From IMG/VR virus record IMGVR_UViG_3300048599_000194, positions 175,177 to 239,176 of that record: a DNA stretch of 64,000 bases; one strand, given 5' to 3'. Positions 15,896-25,989 of the stretch are shown one piece after another. Position 1 is the stretch's first letter, and each line of letters opens with the position of its first letter. The position numbers were made by a program, and so were the translations under genes. This DNA comes from a virus (Duplodnaviria; Heunggongvirae; Uroviricota; Caudoviricetes). The notes under the pieces are model-generated. The model searched no databases, had not been told where the DNA came from, and was given only the letters and a program-made list of their open reading frames with translations.

Positions 15896-16196
15896 TGTAT
15901 TATCCTATCTTTCTTTGCAAAATTCTTGAAGTTTGAAGTCCTGTTGAACTATGCATTTATTTCCATCCCTCCATCCGCAATCTACGCACCTGTGCGGATA
16001 TTTGGGATTGATTAGATTATCTAACCAGAGGAAGAAACGCTTAATCATGCTTTCACCCATATCTTATTATCACATTCAATGTCTGTCTGCGCCCTAAAAG
16101 AGCATCTGAATTTACCTGTATGTTTTTCGAATACGCAACCTTCGCATGATTTGTAATGTATTTCTGGTATTTGCTTATATTCAGTTCCATCAAGTG

Positions 16197-16433
16197 TCAT
16201 TGGTGGCCTCCAGTCGGATAACATAAATGGTAAGATTTACATTTAGCCCCTACACACTCATTAGCATTTGGGCATTCTTCAGTCCATCCACAAGCACAAT
16301 GGAATGGCTCAACTTGAATTTCGTAAGGGTCTTTGTAAACTGACACCCAATTAGCAAACGCAAATTTACCGCATACTGGACAAATTACTTTAGGTTCATC
16401 ATATCTTGAATCTTGGATAATTTCAGGGTGCAT
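16197..16433 (-). CDS. Cys-rich small protein
   Basis: CPVC...HCACG...C...C. Confidence 0.7.
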   Translation of the reverse strand: MHPEIIQDSRYDEPKVICPVCGKFAFANWVSVYKDPYEIQVEPFHCACGWTEECPNANECVGAKCKSYHLCYPTGGHQ

Positions 16434-16440
16434 TAAGACA

Positions 16441-16623
16441 TTACCTCAATTTAGTGGGTGCTGGAGTAAAAGGCTTTGTGTATACCATTGCCTGTGCATA
16501 TACACATCCAGTATAAAAGGGTGCGCCATATGGAACTGCACCGTCTTTAATTGCCTCATTTATTTTATGATTCAACTGACCAGATGCTTCAGCAATAATC
16601 AATTCGTATTTTTCAATGTTCAT
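16441..16623 (-). CDS. Small protein, DUF1737-like
   Basis: LNHKINEAIKDGAVPYGAPF...YAQAMV pattern. Confidence 0.55.
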   Translation of the reverse strand: MNIEKYELIIAEASGQLNHKINEAIKDGAVPYGAPFYTGCVYAQAMVYTKPFTPAPTKLR

Positions 16624-16817
16624 TAGTATTCCCTTGGATCCATGACTGCTTGGTGGAATATAGTTTCAGCTTCCCTTCCATAGCCAGTGCGCATGGATGT
16701 AAAGGGTCCGCCTACCAGAGTGCCACCTTCCTTAAGGATAAGATACACATTACCTTCTAGACGGCTTATAGAGGTTTCTGATAGTATCTTGTATTTCATG
16801 TTATCCATTGTAATCAC
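16623..16817 (-). CDS. Small protein, DUF1737-like (similar to neighbour)
   Basis: KYKIL...LEGNV...EGGTLVGGPF...FHQAV. Confidence 0.5.
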   Translation of the reverse strand: MITMDNMKYKILSETSISRLEGNVYLILKEGGTLVGGPFTSMRTGYGREAETIFHQAVMDPREY

Positions 16818-17196
16818 TCAATAAGTGTTCATATTCAAACACTACACCATCGAATTGTTGCATTAATCTCTTATTGTGAATTAGCATAATACATTCTCTT
16901 GTACAATTATGCTTTACTCTACGAAGATGATATTTCTCGATTGCGTCGGATAATGAGCCTAGATTAGAAAATCGCTCAAAGTTTAATACATCATCGTCAC
17001 TATATATTAAGAAATATTCATCTGGCATTGCATCTATAGTATTTGCCATTGTATATAAATCAATTCCAAGAAGTCCATTGTCTTCGGCTTTGACAAATAA
17101 TTCAATTGCAGTTTCTGGGAATTCTGGAAATAGTTTATGTGTTTCGTGAAATTCAGAGTGATATAAACCTGAGATGTTTTGATTTAATTGTTTCAT
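16801..17196 (-). CDS. Hypothetical protein
   Basis: ORF in packed operon. Confidence 0.7.
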   Translation of the reverse strand: MKQLNQNISGLYHSEFHETHKLFPEFPETAIELFVKAEDNGLLGIDLYTMANTIDAMPDEYFLIYSDDDVLNFERFSNLGSLSDAIEKYHLRRVKHNCTRECIMLIHNKRLMQQFDGVVFEYEHLLSDYNG

Positions 17197-17198
17197 TA

Positions 17199-17414
17199 CT
17201 AGTAGCTCAATTGATATTTGTGAATGATTTGCGGATTCCCTGACAACTCAACTTCTTCAATAGTCCAGTTATGTTCAGGAAAATCAGGAAATTCTCCTCT
17301 GGCCATCTCGATTGCTTCAGTTTTATCTTCCGCTAAAATTACACAATTTGCAATTTCAGGGTAACCTTTACAGTGAAGAAAATTTTCACAGCAATATGCT
17401 TTTAGATCACTCAT
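17199..17414 (-). CDS. Hypothetical protein
   Basis: ORF in packed operon. Confidence 0.7.
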   Translation of the reverse strand: MSDLKAYCCENFLHCKGYPEIANCVILAEDKTEAIEMARGEFPDFPEHNWTIEEVELSGNPQIIHKYQLSY

Positions 17415-17721
17415 ATAGAGAAATGTCCTTATTTTTGATTGATTTCATGGTGATTGATTTATCTGTTGACCATTCATATGTGCAAACACTATCTCCAATT
17501 ACAACATTGTCTCGGTCGTTGACCTTATATCGATCATGTTCCGTGAGAATATATCTATCTGCAAATGCTCCGCAGCAAATCTCGAAATTTTTAACTACTT
17601 CGCAAGGTACCGCTTTTCTGTAATACTTCTCTTCTGGTTTGTTTTGATTCTGATTACATCCTACACAGCATATTGAAATCAATCCTATATATGCGGCATG
17701 AATTAATATCAAGTATTTCAT
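17407..17721 (-). CDS. Probable lipoprotein or membrane-anchored protein
   Basis: Hydrophobic N-terminus ending in VG-C. Confidence 0.65.
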   Translation of the reverse strand: MKYLILIHAAYIGLISICCVGCNQNQNKPEEKYYRKAVPCEVVKNFEICCGAFADRYILTEHDRYKVNDRDNVVIGDSVCTYEWSTDKSITMKSIKNKDISLYE

Positions 17722-17763
17722 ATCAAACCCTCATGTTTTTTGATGAGGCCGAGTATTTTTTCA

Positions 17764-18009
17764 CTAATCGACATTATATTCAAATCCTCTCTCCCTATAA
17801 AACAAAATAGCATCTCCATTTGGAATGTATAGAAAATCATCGCATGGAAGTTTCTCTACAATTTGAGCATATACAGCCCAAGCAGTATAAAGAGCTTCCA
17901 TGCACATTCCAACTCGATTGCAGAGATGCTTTGCATATTCAATTGCGATTTCTGGGAGATCCTTCATAGGGATTCTCATCATTTCACTTGCTCGTTGTAA
18001 TGCATCCAT
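17764..18009 (-). CDS. Hypothetical protein
   Basis: ORF in packed operon. Confidence 0.7.
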   Translation of the reverse strand: MDALQRASEMMRIPMKDLPEIAIEYAKHLCNRVGMCMEALYTAWAVYAQIVEKLPCDDFLYIPNGDAILFYRERGFEYNVD

Positions 18010-18386
18010 TAGTCAGCCAATTCTTTGTTGAGGTCTTCTAGTAAACAAAAGAAAACTTCGCATAGAGCATGTTGTTCTTCTTTCGTTCTGTGAGTAATTA
18101 GTATGCGATTAACCAATTCACCCCGCTGGTAGAAATATACTCGGTGAGGTGCAATAATGTCTTCATCTAAATCACCATCGCCAATGAAAACAGCCAAATC
18201 AAATTCTTCAAGTTCAGGTGTCTTTTCCAAGCACTCTTGAAGTGCATCATCAATTTCATTTTTAGTCACATCAGTAACCTGAACACTAACTGCTTTTCGC
18301 AGTTGATAGGTTCTCTGGTTATTCTTGTTTAACTCAAGAGATGCGATTAGTGCCATCGAAAAATTCATTGAAGTACCTCTTTCCAT
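18009..18386 (-). CDS. Hypothetical protein
   Basis: ORF in packed operon. Confidence 0.7.
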   Translation of the reverse strand: MERGTSMNFSMALIASLELNKNNQRTYQLRKAVSVQVTDVTKNEIDDALQECLEKTPELEEFDLAVFIGDGDLDEDIIAPHRVYFYQRGELVNRILITHRTKEEQHALCEVFFCLLEDLNKELAD

Positions 18387-18721
18387 CTTTCGTATAGTGA
18401 TGGAGTTCTAACTGGTTCTACGATTTTGCCTTCATTGACTAATGCAGATGCTTCAGTATTTCTTAATGCGTCAATGCAATCATGTCCATCAATGATTAAA
18501 TATGAAAACCATCCCATTGCTCCAAATTCAGAATAGAATCGTAGGCGTCTATCAGGCGTTTCTACGCCCTTACGCTCGAAGGGTAATACGAGTGAGCCTA
18601 GCACCTTGCAGATGGGTTGTAGGCCCTTCTGACGGTATTCTAGCACCTTTGCGATGACTTGAGCCTCACTCAAGTTGCCAGTAGGATATGACCGTGGCTC
18701 TCGTTTTAAGAAATTGAACAT
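18365..18721 (-). CDS. Hypothetical protein
   Basis: ORF in packed operon. Confidence 0.7.
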   Translation of the reverse strand: MFNFLKREPRSYPTGNLSEAQVIAKVLEYRQKGLQPICKVLGSLVLPFERKGVETPDRRLRFYSEFGAMGWFSYLIIDGHDCIDALRNTEASALVNEGKIVEPVRTPSLYERWKEVLQ

Positions 18722-18891
18722 TTATTTCATTTCTATAGGATTGGCCGATTGGATTCTCTCATTTACCTCTGGGTTGTAAAACTGAAACTCTTCATTTGGT
18801 ATCAATGGATATATTGAATTAATGATAATTTTTCGCATGATGGGCGATTTTGCTTCTCTAAGTATATTATTAAACTCTATAAATGAACTTG

Positions 18892-19224
18892 TCATTCCTG
18901 AGTTCTCCACGATTGCGGATTTTCTATTTTTACTTTAGTAGCCTCAGAACATTTCCATTCATAGTTATCTTTGACGTATTGAAGTCCCTTGATTAGGGCG
19001 TCTAAAAATGAACGAGTATCATCTTCCTGGGCAATTGTATGCCCATTACATCCAAGCCATACACCCCATTGATCCCTGTCAATGTTGAGGATTTCAATTT
19101 CTGTTTCTCCTGTATCTATCACCAATTTTGCAATCGGATCCTCCTCGTGTTCTAACACTTTAACATGATGAACTTTACGAGGGCGACTATATTGGTCATA
19201 TTCGAATGATAGAACTGTATTCAT
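18892..19224 (-). CDS. Hypothetical protein
   Basis: ORF in packed operon. Confidence 0.7.
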   Translation of the reverse strand: MNTVLSFEYDQYSRPRKVHHVKVLEHEEDPIAKLVIDTGETEIEILNIDRDQWGVWLGCNGHTIAQEDDTRSFLDALIKGLQYVKDNYEWKCSEATKVKIENPQSWRTQE

Positions 19225-19646
19225 AGTTCATTCTCGTCATTCTGTGCCTTACTCATAAACGCAGTTAATTCAAAGTAGTATGTGGAATCATTCAATATAG
19301 TTGCTTTATATTTGTACATGCTTCCCAGTGATTTTCTAGACATGCACTGAAAAACCTTTTCAATTCCAATGCGAAAGCATACTTGATTAGGTGGACATTC
19401 TTGAACAAGCGGATTATCTATTTGGAATTGCATGACCCCAATGTTGATGACTAAATCTATTAGTTCAGCATTTGGTGTGATGTGATATATTCCAGGAGTA
19501 TATTCATTAATATCAATGTCTTTGCTATTTGAAATGATTGAATGTGCGTTTTCAACATACCTATCAGACTCAAGATATTTGCATTGCAATGAATATGCAA
19601 CATCTGCGGTTTTGAACATGTCTCGAAATAATTTAGTTTTTGACAT
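19221..19646 (-). CDS. Hypothetical protein
   Basis: ORF in packed operon. Confidence 0.7.
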   Translation of the reverse strand: MSKTKLFRDMFKTADVAYSLQCKYLESDRYVENAHSIISNSKDIDINEYTPGIYHITPNAELIDLVINIGVMQFQIDNPLVQECPPNQVCFRIGIEKVFQCMSRKSLGSMYKYKATILNDSTYYFELTAFMSKAQNDENEL

Positions 19647-19867
19647 TATTTTACATTAATCGTAGAATCGTTGATTTTTACTATTGAATCTTGAACGTAT
19701 TCTCCGGTTTTAGAATTGTAATGCGCCAACCCGTGGGATAGTGAAAATTTTTTCAACGCCTTTTGAGGCGGATCAATTACTATAAGGCCAATAATCATCA
19801 TAACGAATAGACCAACAAAAAATCCATCCATTAATCCCTCGCTATACGACTTTGTTGAATCACTCAT
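19646..19867 (-). CDS. Small single-TM protein
   Basis: GFFVGLFVMMIIGLIV. Confidence 0.7.
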   Translation of the reverse strand: MSDSTKSYSEGLMDGFFVGLFVMMIIGLIVIDPPQKALKKFSLSHGLAHYNSKTGEYVQDSIVKINDSTINVK

Positions 19868-20180
19868 CAGTCATGTCCTTTATTTTTGACTTGTACATAT
19901 TAATGCATTCCTCAATGAATTCATCAATTCCAGTGCCTTTACGTTCTTCAAGGGTTTTAATTTTCTCTTCAATTTCCTTGATTGCTTTCCTCTTGAATAC
20001 TTTGTTAATCTTCTTCAAATCTTCTACAAAATCAGAGCATCTTGCGGCAGAGGCCCAAAACATATTATTCCCGTCATTATCATATTCTCGCTTGTAATAT
20101 CGACCCTCTTCGATGTATTTGTACATCAAAGTTTCTATGATTTGCCACGCGGGTAGTTCTTCCAAATCAATGGTGTCCAT
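19860..20180 (-). CDS. Hypothetical protein
   Basis: ORF in packed operon. Confidence 0.7.
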   Translation of the reverse strand: MDTIDLEELPAWQIIETLMYKYIEEGRYYKREYDNDGNNMFWASAARCSDFVEDLKKINKVFKRKAIKEIEEKIKTLEERKGTGIDEFIEECINMYKSKIKDMTDE

Positions 20181-20361
20181 TATTAATCTCCAGTCTTTTC
20201 CTTCAGGTAATCAGCGGCATCATAAAACCCTAACTTATTGGCGAATCGGCGAAGATCTTTTAATTGAGTGTGTAGTGAGTCTTGCCGTTGGAGACACTGT
20301 GGAATTGATTCCAGCACATTTCTCCAATTTGGATTTTCTCGATCTAATTCGCGATGTGACA

Positions 20362-20586
20362 TTACAGAATACCTTCGAAATCAGATTGGCAGTAATCAAC
20401 TCGACGCAATTCTTTAAGTAGTTCACCATTTGATTCATCAAATAGTTTAGCCCACACAATGTTAGAATTTTTGTTAAAATCCTCGGTGAATGCAGTTAGA
20501 ACTTGAAGAGGTGTTCCATAGTAGTCACTCTGATAATTAGATTTAATTCCATGACGTGATTCATGCCGTATTGAAGTGGTCCTCAT
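20362..20586 (-). CDS. Hypothetical protein
   Basis: ORF overlaps neighbour by 4 nt. Confidence 0.6.
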   Translation of the reverse strand: MRTTSIRHESRHGIKSNYQSDYYGTPLQVLTAFTEDFNKNSNIVWAKLFDESNGELLKELRRVDYCQSDFEGIL

Positions 20587-21356
20587 TCTTCAGGCCCTTC
20601 GTAAATTCCGAGAATCTCTGCCGCTTTGATCAAAGTTGCTCGTTCGATATTGACGTTGGAAATGTCTTTCTTGATCTCTTCTATGTCATTTTGCAAACCT
20701 AGAATTTGAGATGTGAGTTTTGAGATCTCAATCTGTTTCTGTTCCATATATTCAATGCGATTTCGAATTGCCTCATTAATATCAACCTGATGAGTGATAG
20801 TTTCAATCAATGATACACCTGGATAAGATACGCTACCGTAATCCTCAACAGGAGTTACATCCCATCCCTTAACATTGAACAAGTAATTGGTATGCCCTCT
20901 GTAGTCTTTAGGTTCCAATCGGCAAATGAATTTTCTGTGGTATCCATCCCATCTACCTTGACTAATCATATGGGATGGCATATTTGTATATGCATATGTC
21001 TTTCCACTATCATCAATTGCAATGAATACGTAACTGATGCTTAAACTTTCCTTCATTGAAATCGCAATTAAATGCGCCAATAGTTTAGCCTTGGACCGGG
21101 CAAATTCGCGAATATCTTTCACCGTATAATTCATTGAATTGAAGGCATTCATTTGTTTAGTTGAAATATTTCTTTTATCCAGGCGGGTCACCCATACGCT
21201 ATTATTGTTGTGATGAGCGTGAATGGCACCTCGCTTGTCGTGAATCTGAATAATAGGATTCGGATTTCCAGGAAGAATCGAAACTGGACTACCTTCTCGA
21301 ATCTCGGAAGATACTGTATTTACTAGGTAGGTGAGAACTGAACCAATGAATGACAT
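20583..21356 (-). CDS. Hypothetical protein with C-terminal coiled coil
   Basis: 257 aa. Confidence 0.8.
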   Translation of the reverse strand: MSFIGSVLTYLVNTVSSEIREGSPVSILPGNPNPIIQIHDKRGAIHAHHNNNSVWVTRLDKRNISTKQMNAFNSMNYTVKDIREFARSKAKLLAHLIAISMKESLSISYVFIAIDDSGKTYAYTNMPSHMISQGRWDGYHRKFICRLEPKDYRGHTNYLFNVKGWDVTPVEDYGSVSYPGVSLIETITHQVDINEAIRNRIEYMEQKQIEISKLTSQILGLQNDIEEIKKDISNVNIERATLIKAAEILGIYEGPEE

Positions 21357-21671
21357 TTAGAATCCCTTCATTATCAAATACGTTGCATTGTAGAATGGAG
21401 ATGTATCTTTGGCAGTCAGCATGAATGCTGGGGCATCTCTTTCCGGGTCTTGGTTGGGAGTAAACACTGGAACTTGCCGCTCTTTATGCGTAAGTTCTGG
21501 ATAGTCACGACAAATAGAACACTCGCGAGGTGCTCTCGTTGGTTGTGGTCGATGGATAGGTTCATGTATCAATCGCAATCTAATTTCTTCGTTTTCTTTG
21601 AAAGTTCTAAACTTCAAAGGCAGTTGAATTGGTTGATCGATTGAATCTAAAATATCTGCGATTTTATTCAT
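21357..21671 (-). CDS. Hypothetical protein
   Basis: ORF in packed operon. Confidence 0.7.
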   Translation of the reverse strand: MNKIADILDSIDQPIQLPLKFRTFKENEEIRLRLIHEPIHRPQPTRAPRECSICRDYPELTHKERQVPVFTPNQDPERDAPAFMLTAKDTSPFYNATYLIMKGF

Positions 21672-22117
21672 TACTTGCTATTTCCGTGGATTGTATTCCT
21701 CTTCACAGCATGAAACACTGCAGTATCAGAAGGCTTAATTTCAAATTCGTTGAGGTGAGTTCCCATAGAATTGGATACCATGTAATAATCATCGACCATT
21801 ACGCAATACTTCTGGAGTATAGCATTTGCTTGACTCTCTTTAGCTTCCTTGGCGAGCTTAATTGCGCCATTATATTCGTCATCAATGTCTTCATTTTCGT
21901 ACCGACTTCCTTTAGGGCCTCGATTCCCTAGCATGGTTGCGGTAGAACTGTCGATGATGGAATATGCCTTTGAGAGTTCTGAATTATATGCGTTCTTTGA
22001 CGAATCAGGGACGACACATTCAGTACCTCGATACTCAATATCTGCCTGCATGCCGCATGCAGTGAGCATGGAGAACAACAGTGCAAAAAGAAACAACGAG
22101 ATGTGATAGTTCTTCAT
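21671..22117 (-). CDS. Lipoprotein
   Basis: LFALLFSMLTA-C lipobox; promoter 22141. Confidence 0.8.
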   Translation of the reverse strand: MKNYHISLFLFALLFSMLTACGMQADIEYRGTECVVPDSSKNAYNSELSKAYSIIDSSTATMLGNRGPKGSRYENEDIDDEYNGAIKLAKEAKESQANAILQKYCVMVDDYYMVSNSMGTHLNEFEIKPSDTAVFHAVKRNTIHGNSK

Positions 22118-22140
22118 ACGATCCTCCGTGGTTTCCTAGA

Positions 22141-22170
22141 AAGATACGTTAAATTTTCTTAGTCGTCAAC
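22141..22170 (-). promoter_or_regulatory. sigma70-type early promoter
   Basis: GTTGAC-N17-GTATCTT. Confidence 0.85.
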
Positions 22171-22353
22171 GTCATCATGCTTTTTGCACTGCTCAAGTGC
22201 TTCGTACATATCGTTCATTGATATTTCTCTTAGTTTTTCTGCAATTTCCCAGCACCCTTCAGGTCCATATTTTGACAGCATTGCATCAAAATCAATTTCT
22301 GGGAAAATTCTACTTGAAGTTTCTTGTTTCGCACCTAAGTCGAAATTATCCAA
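22159..22353 (-). CDS. Hypothetical protein
   Basis: ORF in packed operon. Confidence 0.65.
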   Translation of the reverse strand: MDNFDLGAKQETSSRIFPEIDFDAMLSKYGPEGCWEIAEKLREISMNDMYEALEQCKKHDDVDD

Positions 22354-22567
22354 GTAAATCCTCCTCGAACGTGATGATTAGCTTCTGATCTCGTCTAGTT
22401 GTAAGATGTAGATATGCTTCAGTGCGAATAGGCTCAAATTCAAATGTCTCGCCATTTTCCAAATGCATTGTGACGCTTTTAATTGGTACATCACCGTTAA
22501 TCAATAGGGATTCAGGGGGATTTTTGCATTTTGCTTCAAAATTAACAATGTTGCGATACATTCCCAT
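22346..22567 (-). CDS. Hypothetical protein
   Basis: ORF in packed operon. Confidence 0.65.
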   Translation of the reverse strand: MGMYRNIVNFEAKCKNPPESLLINGDVPIKSVTMHLENGETFEFEPIRTEAYLHLTTRRDQKLIITFEEDLLG

Positions 22568-22568
22568 G

Positions 22569-22763
22569 TTATCTAATTTCTCCTGTTAATGCATCATGCA
22601 CTGAAATTGTGGTAGGCTTAATTTCATAGCTTTTTTCAGAGCCATCTTGATAAAATTCAGTAATTCTACCTGGATGCATTTCGCTAATATGTATTCCATC
22701 ATTAGATACACTTATGGCGCGAAATGGAAATAATATACTCCGAATAATAGGCTTCTTATCCAT
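22569..22763 (-). CDS. Hypothetical protein (start reassigned to MDKKPII)
   Basis: TAATG coupling with upstream gene. Confidence 0.55.
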   Translation of the reverse strand: MDKKPIIRSILFPFRAISVSNDGIHISEMHPGRITEFYQDGSEKSYEIKPTTISVHDALTGEIR

Positions 22764-22966
22764 TATATGAATCTCACAATTAATGTGATAATAACCAACA
22801 CAATCAGTATTACAATCATCAGAGCATTCCAGCCCTGATTTGCCAATGTAGCCTTTAATAAAACATTTTCTCCGCATGTAAGACATCGATCATCCATAGA
22901 AGTTCTATTGGATCTTCGCTTACACTTTGGACATGTAAAGGTATAATCGTATTGTTTAATTGACAC
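22763..22966 (-). CDS. Zn-ribbon plus C-terminal TM small protein
   Basis: CPKC...CLTCG; hydrophobic tail. Confidence 0.65.
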   Translation of the reverse strand: MSIKQYDYTFTCPKCKRRSNRTSMDDRCLTCGENVLLKATLANQGWNALMIVILIVLVIITLIVRFI

Positions 22967-23135
22967 TATTATCTCCTATTAATTATCTTAGTTTCTATTC
23001 TATTGCCATGCGCATGAAGTAAAGTAATGTCATTTCCATTTGAAGTATCTACTTGAGGTAGACTAATTGAATTTCCATTATTGATGCACTTTCCAATGCA
23101 TCTTTTATCTTTGCAGAATTCACAAATATACTTTG

Positions 23136-23357
23136 TCATTTATGAGGTGCGCACAAGTATGGAGATGGTGTTGTAGTTGTTACCAATTTATCTAAAGGGA
23201 TTTCTTTTATGGATTTGAACAATAACTCATTACATAGACTGCTTACTTCATATGCGTTCAAATATGTAGGAGGTGGTTTAACCTTCTTAGTTCCACATGG
23301 ATATTCATCGGATGGATCTGCATCAGATTCCATTCCACATAGAGGGCATTTATTCAT
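23136..23357 (-). CDS. Hypothetical protein
   Basis: ORF in packed operon. Confidence 0.65.
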   Translation of the reverse strand: MNKCPLCGMESDADPSDEYPCGTKKVKPPPTYLNAYEVSSLCNELLFKSIKEIPLDKLVTTTTPSPYLCAPHK

Positions 23358-23619
23358 CTTTGTTCAATTCGTTAATGAAATCCTTCAATGCCATTTCATA
23401 GAACCATTCATTATTATCTTCAAGCAAATTTTCTGCATAGGTAATGCATTCTGCAACTGAAATGGTACGGCTAGGACCATCTAGCAATTCACCTAGTCCG
23501 ATAGAATAAAGTAGTTCTAAAATAGCTCCATTGTATTGGCGTTTGTCTTGCTCATTCTGAAAAGTTTCGGCTTTGGATTTAATGAATTCTAGCGCCTTTT
23601 CGCAATGATAGTGTAACAT
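23350..23619 (-). CDS. Hypothetical protein
   Basis: ORF in packed operon. Confidence 0.7.
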   Translation of the reverse strand: MLHYHCEKALEFIKSKAETFQNEQDKRQYNGAILELLYSIGLGELLDGPSRTISVAECITYAENLLEDNNEWFYEMALKDFINELNKDE

Positions 23620-23918
23620 TATCCAAACATCTCCTTAGTCTTCTGTGTACTTTTCTACAATCAAGTCAATTTCAGATGCTCGCTTATTCGCCGCAGTCTT
23701 TGCATGTGCTGGAATATCTGGATCCATTGCCATTCCTCTCAATAGGTTAGCGGTCTTTTCAAGCATCTCTAGAAGCTCTTCCATTGCATTTCCTTAGTTT
23801 AATCGTTGACTTGAATTCTATATGCGAGGGTCAAAAATGATCCATAATAAGAAACCAATCTGCACGGCAGATCCAACCACAACCACAGATATAGCAAGAA
23901 TTTCCATCATTTGTAGGA

Positions 23919-23948
23919 AAAATACTATACCCTTGCTTGAACGTCAAC
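23919..23948 (-). promoter_or_regulatory. Variant early promoter
   Basis: GTTGAC-N17-GTATTTT. Confidence 0.7.
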
Positions 23949-24482
23949 GATCTTGATCCTAGATGGATCTAAGATAACGTATATGCGTCCACGATTATTG
24001 ATGTCATTAGCGACAAATCCATCAACTCCGCATTTAATGAATAATTTACTAGCTTCTTCTTCACCAATTAAATCTTTTGTAATATTGTATAGTGAATCTG
24101 TGGATATTGTATCACCATATGAATTCAATTCTTCTATCAATGATTCAGCGTCACTCTCGTATCCAAGCGCACTCAATGAATTAGCAACTTTCCTATATAG
24201 AAATTCATCAACATTGTCATCCCATTCAATTAGGTTCATTGAAAATCTTGGGATTGAGCATTGATAGATATAAGATTCTTTCCCATTTGCATAATATGAA
24301 GCGAGATCTTCGGTGTCCGTTAGATATACACCATATCCGAACTTGTTCAGGTTTTCACCTAAATCAGAATGCCCTAGTTCAAATCTATCAAACTTCTGAG
24401 TAGAGCCATGATATAAGACTTCTGGAATCATTTCAGGGGTAATTGATTCGTAGATGAAATTACAGTAGACTATCTTGCGCAT
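23925..24482 (-). CDS. ADP-ribosyltransferase-like protein (ART-PolyVal-like)
   Basis: LYHGS...FDRF...FGYGVYLTDTEDLASYYA...IYVILDPSRIKI. Confidence 0.65.
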   Translation of the reverse strand: MRKIVYCNFIYESITPEMIPEVLYHGSTQKFDRFELGHSDLGENLNKFGYGVYLTDTEDLASYYANGKESYIYQCSIPRFSMNLIEWDDNVDEFLYRKVANSLSALGYESDAESLIEELNSYGDTISTDSLYNITKDLIGEEEASKLFIKCGVDGFVANDINNRGRIYVILDPSRIKIVDVQARV

Positions 24483-24490
24483 TGAAGTAT

Positions 24491-24883
24491 TTATTTCTGA
24501 GCATACTTAGCAATAACATCTTCCATATATTCTTTGGCAAAGCACCAATGAACTAAACGATACTTTCTAGGAATGTCATGACTATATTGTCCTGAGATAC
24601 CATGTTTAGCTTCAGGATTGAGTTCATAGAATTTTTGTTCACTTAATAATTCATATGCAATTTCAAGCAGTGCAGTTTCGGTGTCAATTCGATCATTCTC
24701 CCCCATTAATGCATACATTGCGTTGGTAGATAAAATATCTTCAATAGATTCTCTACTAATTGATAAACTTACATCGGCTCGATTGCCAATGTACTTATTA
24801 GTTGATACATCGTATGTTACTTCAATTTGAGGTGATTCTAGATATTTTTTAAGGTGTTCTAATTCTTCCTGGCTTGGTTTCAT
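24491..24883 (-). CDS. Hypothetical protein
   Basis: ORF in packed operon. Confidence 0.7.
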   Translation of the reverse strand: MKPSQEELEHLKKYLESPQIEVTYDVSTNKYIGNRADVSLSISRESIEDILSTNAMYALMGENDRIDTETALLEIAYELLSEQKFYELNPEAKHGISGQYSHDIPRKYRLVHWCFAKEYMEDVIAKYAQK

Positions 24884-25068
24884 GATTCGTCTCCATTGTT
24901 TTCTTTTTCGATCTCTCGATATAACTCTAATATTTCAGGGCCATGCAATAATGCCAATTCTTCAGCCCTTTCTTTAGGTGACATTGCATCCCATCTCGCC
25001 ATCTCGCGAGCATATATTTCCGCTTTAGTCGATCCCGCTCTAACCGGAAAAGGTATTATGAAAAACAT
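24880..25068 (-). CDS. Hypothetical protein
   Basis: ORF in packed operon. Confidence 0.65.
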   Translation of the reverse strand: MFFIIPFPVRAGSTKAEIYAREMARWDAMSPKERAEELALLHGPEILELYREIEKENNGDES

Positions 25069-25367
25069 TATTTCAATTCATCTCCATTTAATACAGAATA
25101 TTCAATTAGATTATTGAGTAGATCTTGATATTCTTGATATGTTGGTGCATTTGGGTGTTTGCCAGCGGGAAAAATACCATATACTTCTAATGCCATGCAA
25201 ATACCTAATCCATCTTCAAGATTATCGCATTCTTCTAAGCATTCTAATAATTCAATTAATCTGTTACGGATTCGATTATAGTCTGCATCAAATTTGATAG
25301 AAAGTTCTTTTATTCTATCATCATTAGGCATGAATTCACTAGGATTGCCGTTAATCAAACGAGACAA
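25068..25367 (-). CDS. Hypothetical protein
   Basis: ORF in packed operon. Confidence 0.7.
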   Translation of the reverse strand: MSRLINGNPSEFMPNDDRIKELSIKFDADYNRIRNRLIELLECLEECDNLEDGLGICMALEVYGIFPAGKHPNAPTYQEYQDLLNNLIEYSVLNGDELK

Positions 25368-25551
25368 CTACAGTACCTCTCTCAATTAACAGTTTTCCTC
25401 CACATTCGCGAAGAATTTTCTTGACTTCCATTGATTGCCTAATTAGTGAAATGAAAGCAGATGTCACTGTGCAATTTCGTAACACTGCTTCTTCTTTGAT
25501 TTTATCTACCAATGAAGTAGGTAGGTTAACTGTGACTTTTACGTCACTCAT
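25351..25551 (-). CDS. Ribbon-helix-helix-like DNA-binding protein
   Basis: VKVTVNLPTSLVDKIKEEAVLRNCTVTSAFISLIRQSM. Confidence 0.55.
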   Translation of the reverse strand: MSDVKVTVNLPTSLVDKIKEEAVLRNCTVTSAFISLIRQSMEVKKILRECGGKLLIERGTVVVSFD

Positions 25552-25982
25552 TATGATTCTCCTTGGAGCTTCATATCCTCTTTAATTTCTTCGTAGGTTT
25601 TTCCGCCTTCTAATTCATCTCTAGCTTCCATTACACTACCAAATGCAATGTCCTTACCATTGTGTAATGAATCAATTACGTCATCAATTGAGGCATACAG
25701 CTTATCTAGAATGTCTTTTCTGACCTTCACATATTCATATTGCTTAGTATTAACTGGAATGGTTTCGCATATTGGAATGTTTAGCTTAGTGTTATATCCC
25801 TTAAGATACCATATAAGTCCAATTGGCTCTAAGAATGAATCTATTTGTTGGCTTACACCCTTGAAGGATGACCATATTGCGTATTCTTCCGCAAGCTCTG
25901 GATGTTCCGACAATACTTGCTCGGACAATTTAATGGCTTCAATTATTCGGGGAATTATTTCTTTGTTGATTATTCTGTGCAT
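25551..25982 (-). CDS. Hypothetical protein
   Basis: ORF in packed operon. Confidence 0.7.
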   Translation of the reverse strand: MHRIINKEIIPRIIEAIKLSEQVLSEHPELAEEYAIWSSFKGVSQQIDSFLEPIGLIWYLKGYNTKLNIPICETIPVNTKQYEYVKVRKDILDKLYASIDDVIDSLHNGKDIAFGSVMEARDELEGGKTYEEIKEDMKLQGES

Positions 25983-25989
25983 TTTTTAC

